Shown here: piece after piece, positions 39,155 through 49,700 of the stretch
Numbering within the stretch: position 1 is the first letter of the stretch
How the letters are laid out: every line of letters starts with the position of its first letter
Origin: a virus
Taxonomy: Duplodnaviria; Caudoviricetes
Direction: 5' to 3' (one strand)
IMG/VR virus record: IMGVR_UViG_3300033183_000056
Span: 1 to 58,929 of that record
DNA: 58,929 nt
Notes under the pieces: model-generated
What the model saw: only the letters and a program-made list of their open reading frames with translations
What the model was told of the DNA's origin: nothing
Database searches by the model: none
Made by a program: the position numbers and the translations under genes

Positions 39155-40459
39155 ATGAAGAGGATGCCAATGAAAACAGGGGATGAATATGATGCCCTTA
39201 CAAAGTTTAAGAAGTTCCTAAAGTGGCGTTCTGGTCAGCGAAAGGCAATAAAACGAGCGTACAATAAGAAAGAACGTAAATGGTTAGACAAGGAGACGAC
39301 AGATGAAGCAGATAATGTGTGACCCACCAAGTGGCTGGAAGTATGGCTTTCCTAAACCATTGCCAGAACATCTTGCAAGTATATTGTTAAATCCGCCAGA
39401 AGATAGCATCAAGTTAGGTGAAGGTGTAGTGGAATGGATTGTCAAGGAAGGCTATCCGCAAGAAGAGATTGACAAGTGCGGTGAGCATTTCTGGTTGCGT
39501 TATTGGGAAGCGGATATGAGTTAAAACGCATAAAAATAAAATATGTGTTAGTACCGATAGGGTTGATTAGTTTAATATTAATGCTATATTAGTACTAATA
39601 GTACCGATAGGGTTGACGAATTGGGTGTGAGTGTAACGATGAGTTTAGGATAACACTTGCTACTTGTAGACTGATACAGGTTCAAATCCTGTCACCCAAA
39701 GGGTTGCGCCTTAATACGCACGTGGTAGGCCACGGTTAGTCTACCAACTTACTTTAAAAGGAGAAAGTAATGGATGATTTTAAAGTTGAAGTAACAGAGA
39801 TGATTGAGCATGAAGACGGTAGTGCAACTGTTATATTTGATACTTGTGAAAGAGGAAGAAAGTCACTAATATCGTATGGCTTGCTGAAGATACTAGAGAC
39901 TGCAGCAAGCACAGCATTACCATTTGAAGAAGGAGAAGAAAATGAAGATTAAGTTTGACACATACACAAAGGATGTAGCATCAGCGGCTGCAGCATTTAG
40001 TTCTCTATATGCGTATTGTTCTGATTTAACAATCTCAACAAATGATTGGTATGATGGTGCTATCAATGTTCACGGCGAGATTGATTCAGGTAATATGGGT
40101 ATACTAGAGAAAGCACTTCCAGATGTCACATTCAACGAAGACACAGACAAACTCTAAACTAATATGGCAACAAGGTGATAGTTGGATTATATTCAACCCA
40201 CCTCCTAGTCATCCATCTTATACAGAATGGTTAAAGTTAAAGGAGAAGGAAGAGAATGAAAAATCAGATAATTCAAACCCTGCGTAATCATGCAATCTCT
40301 CACATTGAAAAGCATCGTGCTAATGTTGAGATTTATCTTCGTCACCCTGTTGGTATTGGCGAACATGGTTGCATCATGGATACCATCGAAAAAGAACTAG
40401 ACGAGATGGCAAAGTATGCAGACCAACTTGAAATACTAGATAAATATTTTGTTGATTAG
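39155..40459 (+). other. Small hypothetical CDSs (39155-39322, 39303-39524, 39770-39952, 39942-40157, 40256-40459)
   Basis: GGAG-type RBSs. Confidence 0.65.
39621..39700 (+). ncRNA. tRNA-like element (acceptor and T arm intact, no canonical anticodon arm)
   Basis: TTGGGTG/CACCCAA 7-bp stem; ACAGG-TTCAAAT-CCTGT T arm. Confidence 0.55.
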
Positions 40460-40480
40460 CAGTTAAAAATAGTGTATAAT
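40452..40480 (+). promoter_or_regulatory. sigma70 promoter of the glycosyltransferase operon
   Basis: TTGATT-17-TATAAT. Confidence 0.7.
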
Positions 40481-40510
40481 ACACTGTATTTTAATTAAAA
40501 GGATTTAATA

Positions 40511-41287
40511 ATGTTCTTACCAAAGCAACATACAATTTATATTGGCTATGACGAAAGAGAGAGAGATGCTTATGAAGTTCTTCGATATTCAATTCTCAAA
40601 TACAATCAGGACTACAATATCATTCCTCTCGTTCAATCAGGTTTACGTAGAGCAGGCTTGTATCGCAGGGCTGCTAGGATGGATAGCATTAATGGCAAAC
40701 GTGTAATGGTTGACGAGACTGATGGGCGACCATTCAGTACACAGTTTACCTTCACACGCTTTCTGATTCCTGCACTCAATCAATACGATGGCTGGGCTTT
40801 GTTTATGGATTCAGACATGATGCTACGCACAGACATTGGTGAATTGTTTGACAAGTATACTCGCAATACTGAGTATGCCATTCAGTGTGTCAAGCATAAC
40901 TACACTCCAAACAAAACAATTAAAATGGATGGACAGATACAACAAACATACAACAGAAAGAACTGGTCTAGTTTTATGTTGTGGAATTGTTCTCATGCCG
41001 CTAACCTACGCCTTACTGTCGATGATGCTAACGTAAAGACAGGCTCATGGCTACATGGTTTGTCATGGCTTGAAGACGATGAGATTGGTGCTATTAACGA
41101 AGATTGGAACTGGCTAGATGATTGGTCACCAGAACATTTGAATCCTAAGAACGTACACTTTACTACTGGTGGTCCTTGGTTTAAAGAATGGGAACCTAAA
41201 CGTCAGTCCGACATTGCCTATGCAGGTGAATGGGAATCACTTCGTAGTCAACTTATTTCTGAGAAGATGATTGGAGATGTAATTTAA
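40511..41287 (+). CDS. GT-A glycosyltransferase (GT8-like)
   Basis: IYIGYD.RE, ST.FTFTRFLIP, FMDSDM, RKNWSS, WNWL, HFT.GGPWF. Confidence 0.85.
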   Translation: MFLPKQHTIYIGYDERERDAYEVLRYSILKYNQDYNIIPLVQSGLRRAGLYRRAARMDSINGKRVMVDETDGRPFSTQFTFTRFLIPALNQYDGWALFMDSDMMLRTDIGELFDKYTRNTEYAIQCVKHNYTPNKTIKMDGQIQQTYNRKNWSSFMLWNCSHAANLRLTVDDANVKTGSWLHGLSWLEDDEIGAINEDWNWLDDWSPEHLNPKNVHFTTGGPWFKEWEPKRQSDIAYAGEWESLRSQLISEKMIGDVI

Positions 41288-43596
41288 TGTATACTTTTGT
41301 AACATCATTTAGTGAGAAAGGTTATCATGAGTATGGCAAAACAATGCTTGAAAGTGTTAAAGAAAAATGGAATCCAGAACACTTTAAACTTATTGCGTAT
41401 TATCATGATTTCGACATTTCGACTGTCGATGCTCCTATTTGTGATAGTATTTCTTATAGGAATCTAAACGATGTAGAAGAGATGGTTCAGTATCGTGAAC
41501 GCATGAAGATTCATGATGGCACTGAAGGCGGTAAGATGGCATACAACTGGCGTCTTGATGCTATTAAATGGTGTCATAAGGTATATGCCATGACAGACCT
41601 GGCATTTGAAATGATGGAAGATTCTATTGATGTTACAAAAGAACATCAAGAACATTGGATGATTTGGATTGATGCAGATACAGTGACAACAAAACTGTTA
41701 CAAGTTGCAGATGTAAACAGATGGTTACCTGCAAAGGTTGACCTTGTACACCTTGGACGTAAGGATGTTGACTACAGTGAGACAAGTTTCATGGGCTTTA
41801 ATCTGTCTCGCCATAATACTTGTAGTCTTCTTGCTGACCTTCGTGGTTGTTATACGATTGGTGAGACTGTAGCCTATCGTGAATGGCATGATGGTTTTAT
41901 CTTTGAGCGTCTGCTTAATATCTACAAGGCACATGGTATGGTTGTTCATAATCTTTCTGAAAATGCAACAGGTCTTGATGCCTTTGGTCAGTCACCCTTG
42001 TCTGAATATTTTACGCATTACAAAGGCAATCTCAAGAAGAAAGCAAGCAAAACACAGGTATCACCTGATGTCACTGGTCCAAAGCGTTACAAGCAGTTGG
42101 CAGATATTGTTCGTCATTACAAGCCTAAGACTATTGTAGAGACAGGCACATGGAATGGTGGACGTGCTATTGAGATGGCTCTCGCTGCATTTGAAACACA
42201 TGACAAGGTACATTATCTTGGCTTTGATTTGTTTGAAGAAGCAACAGAAGAACTTGACAAGTATGAGATGAACAGCAAGCCACACAATACCATTGAGGCT
42301 GTACGCAATCGTCTTGACGAGTTTGCTGCCAAGATGCAGGAGCGTGGTAAACGATTTACTTTTAAACTACATAAAGGTGACAGCAAGAAAACACTGGAAC
42401 GTTGTAAGGCTGTAAAGAAGGCAGACTTTGCATACATTGATGGTGGACATTCTTATGAAACAGTTAAGTCTGACTACGAGAATTTGAAGACTGTTCCTAT
42501 TCTCGTGTTTGATGATTACTTTACTAAGGATGGCGCAGGTAATCTACCACATAAAGATAACCTTGGTGTTAATAAACTAATGAAGGAGATTGAAGCATAT
42601 GGAAAGGTTGTACTTCCTAGCAATGACCCTGTTCTTGGTGGTGGCATTACACATCTTTGTTTTGTAGCAAACAAGAAAGGGCTTCCTAAACTACCCGATG
42701 ATATTACTCGTGTTCCTATTGTTGTCACGCCTAAAGATTCTCGACCAAAGAAAGAAATCATTGACAACGTAAAGGCTAACAAAAAACTGATTAAAGACTT
42801 TGATTGGATTAAAACAAGCAAGGTTAATAATGAAACAGCAATCATTGTATCTGGTGGTTACAGTACAGACTTTTATCTTTTGAAGGAACGCATTGCAAAA
42901 ACAGGCGGTAAAGTATTCTGTGTTAAGCATAGTTATCCTAAGTTACTTGAGCAAGGCATTGACCCGTTTGCCTGTGTTATTCTTGACCCTCGACCTATTG
43001 ATGGTATGAGTACACATGGCGTAGTTCGTAAGGACTTGTTTCAGAAAGTAGATGACAAGACATTGTTCCTTGTTGCATCTATGACTGACCCATCTGTTAC
43101 CAAACACCTTATGTCAAAGGGTGCAAACATTAGAGGATGGCAAGCCTATTCAGATGCGCTTCGTGACATAAGCATCAAAGAAAAGATTGTTGTTGACAAG
43201 GAAACAGGCATCGAAGAAGGTTCAACACTGATTACTGGTGGTACTTGTGCAGCAATGCGTACACTTGCTATTGCTCATACATTAGGTTTCCGTAACTTTG
43301 AACTGTTTGGTTTTGACTGTTCTATTGAAAACATGACGGAAGAAATGAAAAAAGAATCTACTGAAACAGAACCAGGAAAGAATAAATATTTTCAGGTTGA
43401 GTTAAACGGTAACCATTTCTGGACTACAGGCGAGTTGCTTGCTATGGCACAAGACTGTGAGAAACTGTTTGACAATATGGAAATGGATATGGGAATTACA
43501 TTTCACGGTAAAGACACACTATGTGCAGAAGTATGGAAATCCTCTAAGCGTGGTAAAGAAAAGCATTATTCAGAGTTACTAACTGATGCCGCTTAA
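41287..43596 (+). CDS. Three-domain fusion: GT-A glycosyltransferase + class I SAM methyltransferase + Maf/DUF115-like transferase
   Basis: WIDAD and EWHD; IVETGTWNGG, GFDLF, GDS, YIDGGHSY, FDDY; AIIVSGG, GIDP..VILD, GGT.A..LGF..F.LFGFD. Confidence 0.8.
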   Translation: MYTFVTSFSEKGYHEYGKTMLESVKEKWNPEHFKLIAYYHDFDISTVDAPICDSISYRNLNDVEEMVQYRERMKIHDGTEGGKMAYNWRLDAIKWCHKVYAMTDLAFEMMEDSIDVTKEHQEHWMIWIDADTVTTKLLQVADVNRWLPAKVDLVHLGRKDVDYSETSFMGFNLSRHNTCSLLADLRGCYTIGETVAYREWHDGFIFERLLNIYKAHGMVVHNLSENATGLDAFGQSPLSEYFTHYKGNLKKKASKTQVSPDVTGPKRYKQLADIVRHYKPKTIVETGTWNGGRAIEMALAAFETHDKVHYLGFDLFEEATEELDKYEMNSKPHNTIEAVRNRLDEFAAKMQERGKRFTFKLHKGDSKKTLERCKAVKKADFAYIDGGHSYETVKSDYENLKTVPILVFDDYFTKDGAGNLPHKDNLGVNKLMKEIEAYGKVVLPSNDPVLGGGITHLCFVANKKGLPKLPDDITRVPIVVTPKDSRPKKEIIDNVKANKKLIKDFDWIKTSKVNNETAIIVSGGYSTDFYLLKERIAKTGGKVFCVKHSYPKLLEQGIDPFACVILDPRPIDGMSTHGVVRKDLFQKVDDKTLFLVASMTDPSVTKHLMSKGANIRGWQAYSDALRDISIKEKIVVDKETGIEEGSTLITGGTCAAMRTLAIAHTLGFRNFELFGFDCSIENMTEEMKKESTETEPGKNKYFQVELNGNHFWTTGELLAMAQDCEKLFDNMEMDMGITFHGKDTLCAEVWKSSKRGKEKHYSELLTDAA

Positions 43597-44074
43597 AGAA
43601 AAACATGAGAAGTTTTGTCAATCCTATGTCTTGCATCGAAATGCTACAAAAGCGGCAATCGCTGCAGGATATAGTGAAGCGTCCGCACATAACCAAGGTT
43701 ATCGCTTGGTACACGATGAAGCCATTAAGGAAAGAATCAAGGAACTTGAGCAAGGCATAACCACAGATGTAGATGTTATATCAGAGATTGAGAAGCAGTA
43801 CGAAGCGGCTCGTATATCTGGTCACGGCAATACTGCTCTCAAGGCTCTTGAACTTCTTGCCAAGGTCAGAGGTAATAATGCAGATGACGTATCAACAGAT
43901 GTTGAGACATTAGAAACTGAGATTATTTATTCGTTACAAGTAATGGGATTTGAAAAGGCTTTTGAACTAATGGAACAAGCCTTTCCAAACCAGTTTAAAG
44001 AAGACGAATTACTTCTTGCCGATGAACTTAGCAGCCCCACGCATAGCGAAGGTGGCACTGATAATCAAGCCTAG
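43586..44074 (+). CDS. terS: Terminase small subunit-like protein
   Basis: K.EKFC..Y...NATKAAIAAGYS..SA...G.RL; ALKALELL.K. Confidence 0.75.
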   Translation: MPLKEKHEKFCQSYVLHRNATKAAIAAGYSEASAHNQGYRLVHDEAIKERIKELEQGITTDVDVISEIEKQYEAARISGHGNTALKALELLAKVRGNNADDVSTDVETLETEIIYSLQVMGFEKAFELMEQAFPNQFKEDELLLADELSSPTHSEGGTDNQA

Positions 44075-44395
44075 TCCATACTGATACCACTGAGGCATCT
44101 GTTCTAATGCTTCAAATCCATCGAAGACAATCTGCCTACCCCAATCACCACAGAAGGCTAGAATAAGCGGAATAGAAAATAGTAGCGTCAGCCATTCATC
44201 TTTCCAAGATGTTGCGCTGGCTTCTGCCATTGTTAAATCCCAATCAATCTCACCTGTTGCCTTCTTCTGCATGACAACAGCCTCTGCTTGGGCTTTAGCA
44301 ACCTTTGTTGCGCTTACTGCTTTTTTTTCTTCTACTTTTCCATTCAACCAAGTACCTGCTAATTCGGCTACTGGTCCTATTAATGCTTGCCACAT
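44009..44395 (-). CDS. Holin (3TM / GTA-type)
   Basis: SWKDEW..L.SIPL.LAF, P.WYQY, I.A.FAMR. Confidence 0.7.
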   Translation of the reverse strand: MWQALIGPVAELAGTWLNGKVEEKKAVSATKVAKAQAEAVVMQKKATGEIDWDLTMAEASATSWKDEWLTLLFSIPLILAFCGDWGRQIVFDGFEALEQMPQWYQYGLGLIISATFAMRGAAKFIGKK

Positions 44396-44434
44396 ATGGT
44401 GTCCTTTCTAATATATAACTATAAACTTGTCCTA

Positions 44435-45232
44435 TCATGCTGGCGGTATCTCATTCTTAATATAAATCATATCTAAACCAGCAGAAACTTCAACATTGCC
44501 ACTACCAGAATCAGATATTGCTCTTACTTCAATATCAGTTTTTTCTGTAAATTTCAAAGGAAATCTATACACCTGATTTATGTTTCCACCATCAACTTGT
44601 ATACCAAACTTATCCTTTACTTGAAAGACTTCTCCATATGGACGTGCAACAATAGTTGCTGTTAATAACTTGTTAGAAGTTGTACAAGCAGCAGTAATAT
44701 GGCTTTGATAAAGATAGGCAGTATATCCTGCAGGTACTGTCCATAAAGCCATTAAAGTTTGTCCATCTCCTGCTACAACTGTTGCATATTTATTTACTGG
44801 AACACCAGCAGTTACTGTACCTGTACCTGCATAAATAACACCTGCATTAGTACCATTACTACCTGCACTACGAACAACCATACGATTAATACGTAAGTAT
44901 TCATTTGTTGTGTTTACTGCAGTTTGTCCATCTAATGTAACTGTTTCATTAATCTCATTATAATCAGCATCCAGACCATATAACTGAACAGTTTCTGCAC
45001 CTGTACCACCTTCATCATCATCCGTGCTTGAACTTGAAACCTTTAAAACAGAAGCAGAACTCAGGTAGTTATACAAGCCACCTTCTGCCCATATAGTTTC
45101 CAAAGAATTATCTATGTCTTGGTTAAAACCAAACTTAAAATTAGTTTTATGAAAAGCAATCTGTCCTCTTGAAACTTGTAATTCAAAAGGTTCATGCTTT
45201 CCAGTACGTGTCATTGAACTAGGCGTACCCAC
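44435..45232 (-). CDS. Virion structural protein
   Basis: KFGFN..ETIW, GLD..Y..I.E, YLRINR, TVPAGYT, EKTDI. Confidence 0.6.
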   Translation of the reverse strand: MGTPSSMTRTGKHEPFELQVSRGQIAFHKTNFKFGFNQDIDNSLETIWAEGGLYNYLSSASVLKVSSSSTDDDEGGTGAETVQLYGLDADYNEINETVTLDGQTAVNTTNEYLRINRMVVRSAGSNGTNAGVIYAGTGTVTAGVPVNKYATVVAGDGQTLMALWTVPAGYTAYLYQSHITAACTTSNKLLTATIVARPYGEVFQVKDKFGIQVDGGNINQVYRFPLKFTEKTDIEVRAISDSGSGNVEVSAGLDMIYIKNEIPPA

Positions 45233-45718
45233 TTAAAAACTTCCTTCTTTCATAGCGTTACTTAAAATTATTGCACGTTGTCCTACTTGGTCAGCCCACC
45301 TCGAATCCAACATCTCAGAAGATGCAATATCAAACGACCTCTCATGTATTGCGTTCCACATCTTCACAAATTTTTTTAGTCGAGGCACACCCATATTAAA
45401 AGCCATGTCCATCAATACAAGTTGACGAACATCATCCAGTTCTTCTACGCACGGATGGGCTTTACATAATTCTTTTTCTACAATCTCAATATCATTGAGG
45501 GCTAGATACCTTGCATCTTTCTCAGTTATACCGTGTTCGTAGACCACCTCCAAATTCGGAATGTCAAGGTAATCTAGCTCCTCTTTACTGATACCACGGT
45601 CTTCTAAGTTTCTCCCTATTCCAATGGTATCAATACCTAATGAATCCTGATAAACTTCCAGAACCAAACCTTCATGTTCAATAAGTTTGTTTATAAAATG
45701 TTCTCTGTTATATTTCAT
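45233..45718 (-). CDS. Lysozyme (GH24-like endolysin)
   Basis: HEG...Y.DSLG..TIGIG, MAFNMG, EMLDS.WA.QVG.RA. Confidence 0.9.
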   Translation of the reverse strand: MKYNREHFINKLIEHEGLVLEVYQDSLGIDTIGIGRNLEDRGISKEELDYLDIPNLEVVYEHGITEKDARYLALNDIEIVEKELCKAHPCVEELDDVRQLVLMDMAFNMGVPRLKKFVKMWNAIHERSFDIASSEMLDSRWADQVGQRAIILSNAMKEGSF

Positions 45719-45720
45719 AT

Positions 45721-45826
45721 GTTAAATCTCTTTTACTTTTTAACAGATACTATAATATTAGTTAAGCATCTTTTACTGTTTTAATTGACACTAGAATATT
45801 AGTTAAATATACCTTGTTTTTTTAAC
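45721..45826. repeat. Three imperfect 40-41-bp tandem repeats upstream of lysozyme
   Basis: GTTAA at 45721, 45761, 45802, each followed by a T-rich tract and TTAA; ACTA(T/G)AATATTAGTTAA x2. Confidence 0.7.
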
Positions 45827-45843
45827 ATATTATGTCAAATTTA

Positions 45844-46050
45844 CTAGGTTACTTTCTTGTGTTCACCACCCATCCAGATTCCAAATGCACCTGTCATAGC
45901 TCCCATTACAACGCTTACAAAGGCTGACTGTGATGCTGTTGGGTCTTCCAAGTTCATAAACCACTCTGCACAACGCCAACTCATTAGTGTCATTACCGCC
46001 ATCATAAGTCTTGGAAGTATTTTCCATTCAAGAATCTGCTTCGCTGACAT
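45844..46050 (-). CDS. Small two-TM membrane protein
   Basis: W.ILPRLMM..WFM.L..PT..QSAFVSVV.GA. Confidence 0.65.
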   Translation of the reverse strand: MSAKQILEWKILPRLMMAVMTLMSWRCAEWFMNLEDPTASQSAFVSVVMGAMTGAFGIWMGGEHKKVT

Positions 46051-46736
46051 TACCCATATATCCCCATGAATAAATCTTTTAATGGTGTATTGTCATTAAT
46101 CATACCACCGCCTGCAAAGTGATGTGTCTTATCTGAAGAAGGCGAAGGTGTTGAAGGAGAAGAAGGACTACCTTGAGAAATAGATTCTTCCATAGCCTGC
46201 TGTGCTGCTTCCTTCATAGCCTTGTTTGCTTCAGACTGAGCAATCTGTGCTTCTACATTAGCAGCATGGTCAAACTGTGAACTAGCATAACCACCACCCA
46301 TTCCTGGTCCTTGTGAATAAGGACTTGGCACACGGTCAGAAGTGCCATAAATAGCATCAATTGCTTCAGGTGTTAAACCTTGACCATAACCTGTAGTTTG
46401 TTTTTGTTCTTGTGAGAAATCACTAGGAGAAGCACCACCATATAAGGCTTGGTTTGTCACTGGTGACTGCATACCTAAAACCCTACCAGCCAATGTTTGA
46501 GATAGAGCGTGCATAATACCAGGACCTGAAAGCATAGGCCGTCCCAACTGCTGACTACCTGCTGCCATATTAGAAAAAAAACCAAGACCTGTCAAACCAA
46601 GACCAATTGGATTATTAGCAAGACCTACAATAGTACCAATGTTCTGCAACTGTGTACCTACAGGCACGTCTTCTGCAGGCTTTGCAGGTTGTGCTTCGCT
46701 TGCTTGTTCTATCCGTTCTTTAAATACATCAACCAT
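46050..46736 (-). CDS. Low-complexity putative internal virion protein
   Basis: G/Q/S-rich; C-terminal FAGGGMI. Confidence 0.6.
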   Translation of the reverse strand: MVDVFKERIEQASEAQPAKPAEDVPVGTQLQNIGTIVGLANNPIGLGLTGLGFFSNMAAGSQQLGRPMLSGPGIMHALSQTLAGRVLGMQSPVTNQALYGGASPSDFSQEQKQTTGYGQGLTPEAIDAIYGTSDRVPSPYSQGPGMGGGYASSQFDHAANVEAQIAQSEANKAMKEAAQQAMEESISQGSPSSPSTPSPSSDKTHHFAGGGMINDNTPLKDLFMGIYG

Positions 46737-49700
46737 TAGTCTTCCTCAATCTTTGTTCCATTAATATGTTTAAAAAATGCTAAAATACTATCATATGGTA
46801 TAGGCGCACCAGAATAGTATTCTGCTCTACCATAATCAGGAACACCAGGTCTAAAAATATTTTGTCTAGTATCGTTCAATAGGTCTGCCGTTTGCTTAGA
46901 TACAGGGTCACCTGTCCTAAACTTTAAAGCCTTAACCATTTCTCTTCCATAATCCTCACCAAATAATGCTCCAAAAGAATCATTGATTGATTTTAATTCT
47001 TGAAACCCATTTAGTCTTTGTCTTTGCGACTTGACATAAGCATCATATATTTCTCGTTTAGTAGCATTAATAGGTTTTAAACCATCAGTAAATATTCTAC
47101 TGGAATTATTAATCTTATTAATGCTAGGTTGTAAAGCATACTTTGCTCTCGCTGTCAAATCTAAACGCTGATTACGAAGGCCAAAAAAAGCAGGTATTCC
47201 TACATCACCACCAAATGTTTGGTCATAACCTGAGATGGTAAAATCACCAGGTCCAATACCTTCTGGTAAGTTTTCACTGTTACTAAAATCACCCATTAAA
47301 GGTGATACAATTTTCCAAGTATCTCCTTTAGTTTGTTCATAAGCATAGCGTTTATTAAAAAAGTTAACAACGCCAGGAGTTAGAGGACCAATGGCAATAC
47401 TAAGACCATTTTGAATTTTACCCATAATTCCTGGTTCATTAAAATATGTTTTACCATCAATCAAATCTAGTGCTGCTTTTGTTATCATTGAAGGTGACAC
47501 AAAAGGACCGACAGCGTTTTCAAATGTTGCAAGTGCGGCTTTTTGTGCATCTTCATCTGTCAATGAACCAGACTGTGATGCACGTATAATACCTTTGGCT
47601 GCAGACTTCATAAATGCAAAGGGGTCAAGTGGACCCATATTTAGATAATTAACACCAACATGACCAACTTTATCTTTGTTAATGCCACTCAGATAAATTC
47701 TATCTTGAAATGCTTCATATGAAGGTACAACATTATTGATTCCTTCTTCTTGCTCATCTGAGATATTATTAATATATCTTGAATCTGCAGACCATATAGC
47801 AGGACCAAGACCAACTACAGTTGTTCCAGCGGCTCTTTTAGCGGCGGCTTTCTGCAATTCCTTATTACCACTCATTGCATCAGCATATGTGTACTTCATA
47901 AGGTTTTTTGTAATACGAGCCATTTCTGCAGGGAAAGCAATAAAGTCTGAACCAAACCACTGACCACGTAATTTTTTTAATGCACGAGGAACAGCATCAT
48001 AGTTAGGCATTAAGTCTCTTGTACGTTGAGCAGCAAGTTCAGCAATTTCTTTTGAGTTCTTATTAGGATATGCTTTTGACAACATCTTTTTTGTTTCTTC
48101 AAAGTGAATGATTTTAAACATATCGTCCTCTGCTTGATACAAGTTTTGAAGAAAATTGTTTGTTTTCTTTATTCCTCTTGTTGCAATAGTTTTATCCATC
48201 CAATCTTCACCGCCAGATTTCTTAATAGCATTAAGATTTCGACGCATGATGTTTACATTAACACCACTGTTTGTCACACCAAGACGTGCATATTCAGCCG
48301 CAATGTCAGCAAGTTCACGATTGGTTTTGTTTGCAAGAAATGCTGCAGTCTGTTCTAGTGCTTTGGCAGATGACTTAACACCAGGAGTAATACCATTGGC
48401 AGTAAGAATAAAGATGTTACCTATAAGGTTACGACCATGTGTAGCAGGTGATAAAACAGTCTTAGCATTTTGTGACCAACCTTTTGCTTTCATCCAATAC
48501 TTCAATGCAGAACCTTGGTCAGGCATAATTTCATCAAAACCATCTTTAATGGCTTTAGCATAGATAGGGTCTACATAAATACCATCAAGAGGATTTTTAA
48601 CTTTACCTTGTTGTGCTGCACCCTTACCAACAACTCTACCAAATCTTGTAATACCTACATCACGAAGATTTATATCTTTAATACCTTCTGACATTCCTCT
48701 TTTAGCAACACCGTTTTCTACCATTTCTTCAGCAAGTTCTGTAAGAAACTCGTTTTCTGCTTTGATAAGAGAAAGTTTAGAAAAAGTATTTGAATAATTT
48801 TTTAATGGGTCATTAACTTCACCCCACATAAGTTTAATAGGGTCAGCAAATTCACCACGCTTTGCAAGAACTTTACTTGTTCCAGGAAATTTGTCAATTC
48901 CTCTAGCACCTATAAACTCCATAAAGCCTGCATCATCAGCAGTTTTAGGAATAATCTCACGAATGGTTTCTACAATCTCATCTGCTGGAGTTCCCATAGA
49001 TTGAAGATGCCTTGCAACACCTTCAATAACATCATCTGTAGGCATATTACCTACGTTTTCAAGTTGACCTGTTGTAGGATTATATGTCTTACCGTTTCTC
49101 CATTCGTCAAATCTTTTATTAAGAGCCTTTCTAAAGTTGGCATCGTCAAATACTTCATATGAACGGTTAAGATATGTACCTAGATTGTTGTCAAAGGTTA
49201 CTTTTAAACTATTACTTACAACATTATCTATTGCATACTTAGATAAGTCATCTAAGTTAGTACGCATTTCGTCAATAATATTTTTAGTACGCCCTCCAGC
49301 CTGTGCAATCTGGTCATAGTCTACCTTATTGCGGCGCAAGTCATTTAAAATATTATTAGCCAGAGGTATAGATTCTTCTCTTACCTTTTGTAATATTTTT
49401 GTTTTCTTTTGATGTCGTATAGTTCCAGGAACTTCTTGTGATAGTTCTCGTATAAGACGTTGTTCTTTATTTTGGAAAAATTCAAGACGGCGTTCAGCCC
49501 TTGCAAGAGCATCATCTGAATATTGTAATGCACCATTAATAAGTTTGTATGAAGATTCCCAATCACCAAGTTCATCTGTGGCTACATCTTTTAATTCTTG
49601 TACAAGAGCATTTGTTTTTATTTCTGCAGCCTTCTGCTCACCTTTTCTAAGAAAGATTTTATTGGCAGTATCCTTGTCAGTACCAAGAGTAGAAGAAAAC

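Noticed and set aside
39621-39700. Functional decoding tRNA
   Set aside because: No 5-bp anticodon stem with a 7-nt loop
39701-39750. Pistol or theta/HDV-like ribozyme
   Set aside because: CGTGG..CCACG resembles pistol P1, but the conserved junctions and other stems are missing, and no HDV P1/P3 topology can be drawn
45721-45826. CtrA boxes
   Set aside because: Half-site spacing is 14-15 nt, not TTAA-N7-TTAA
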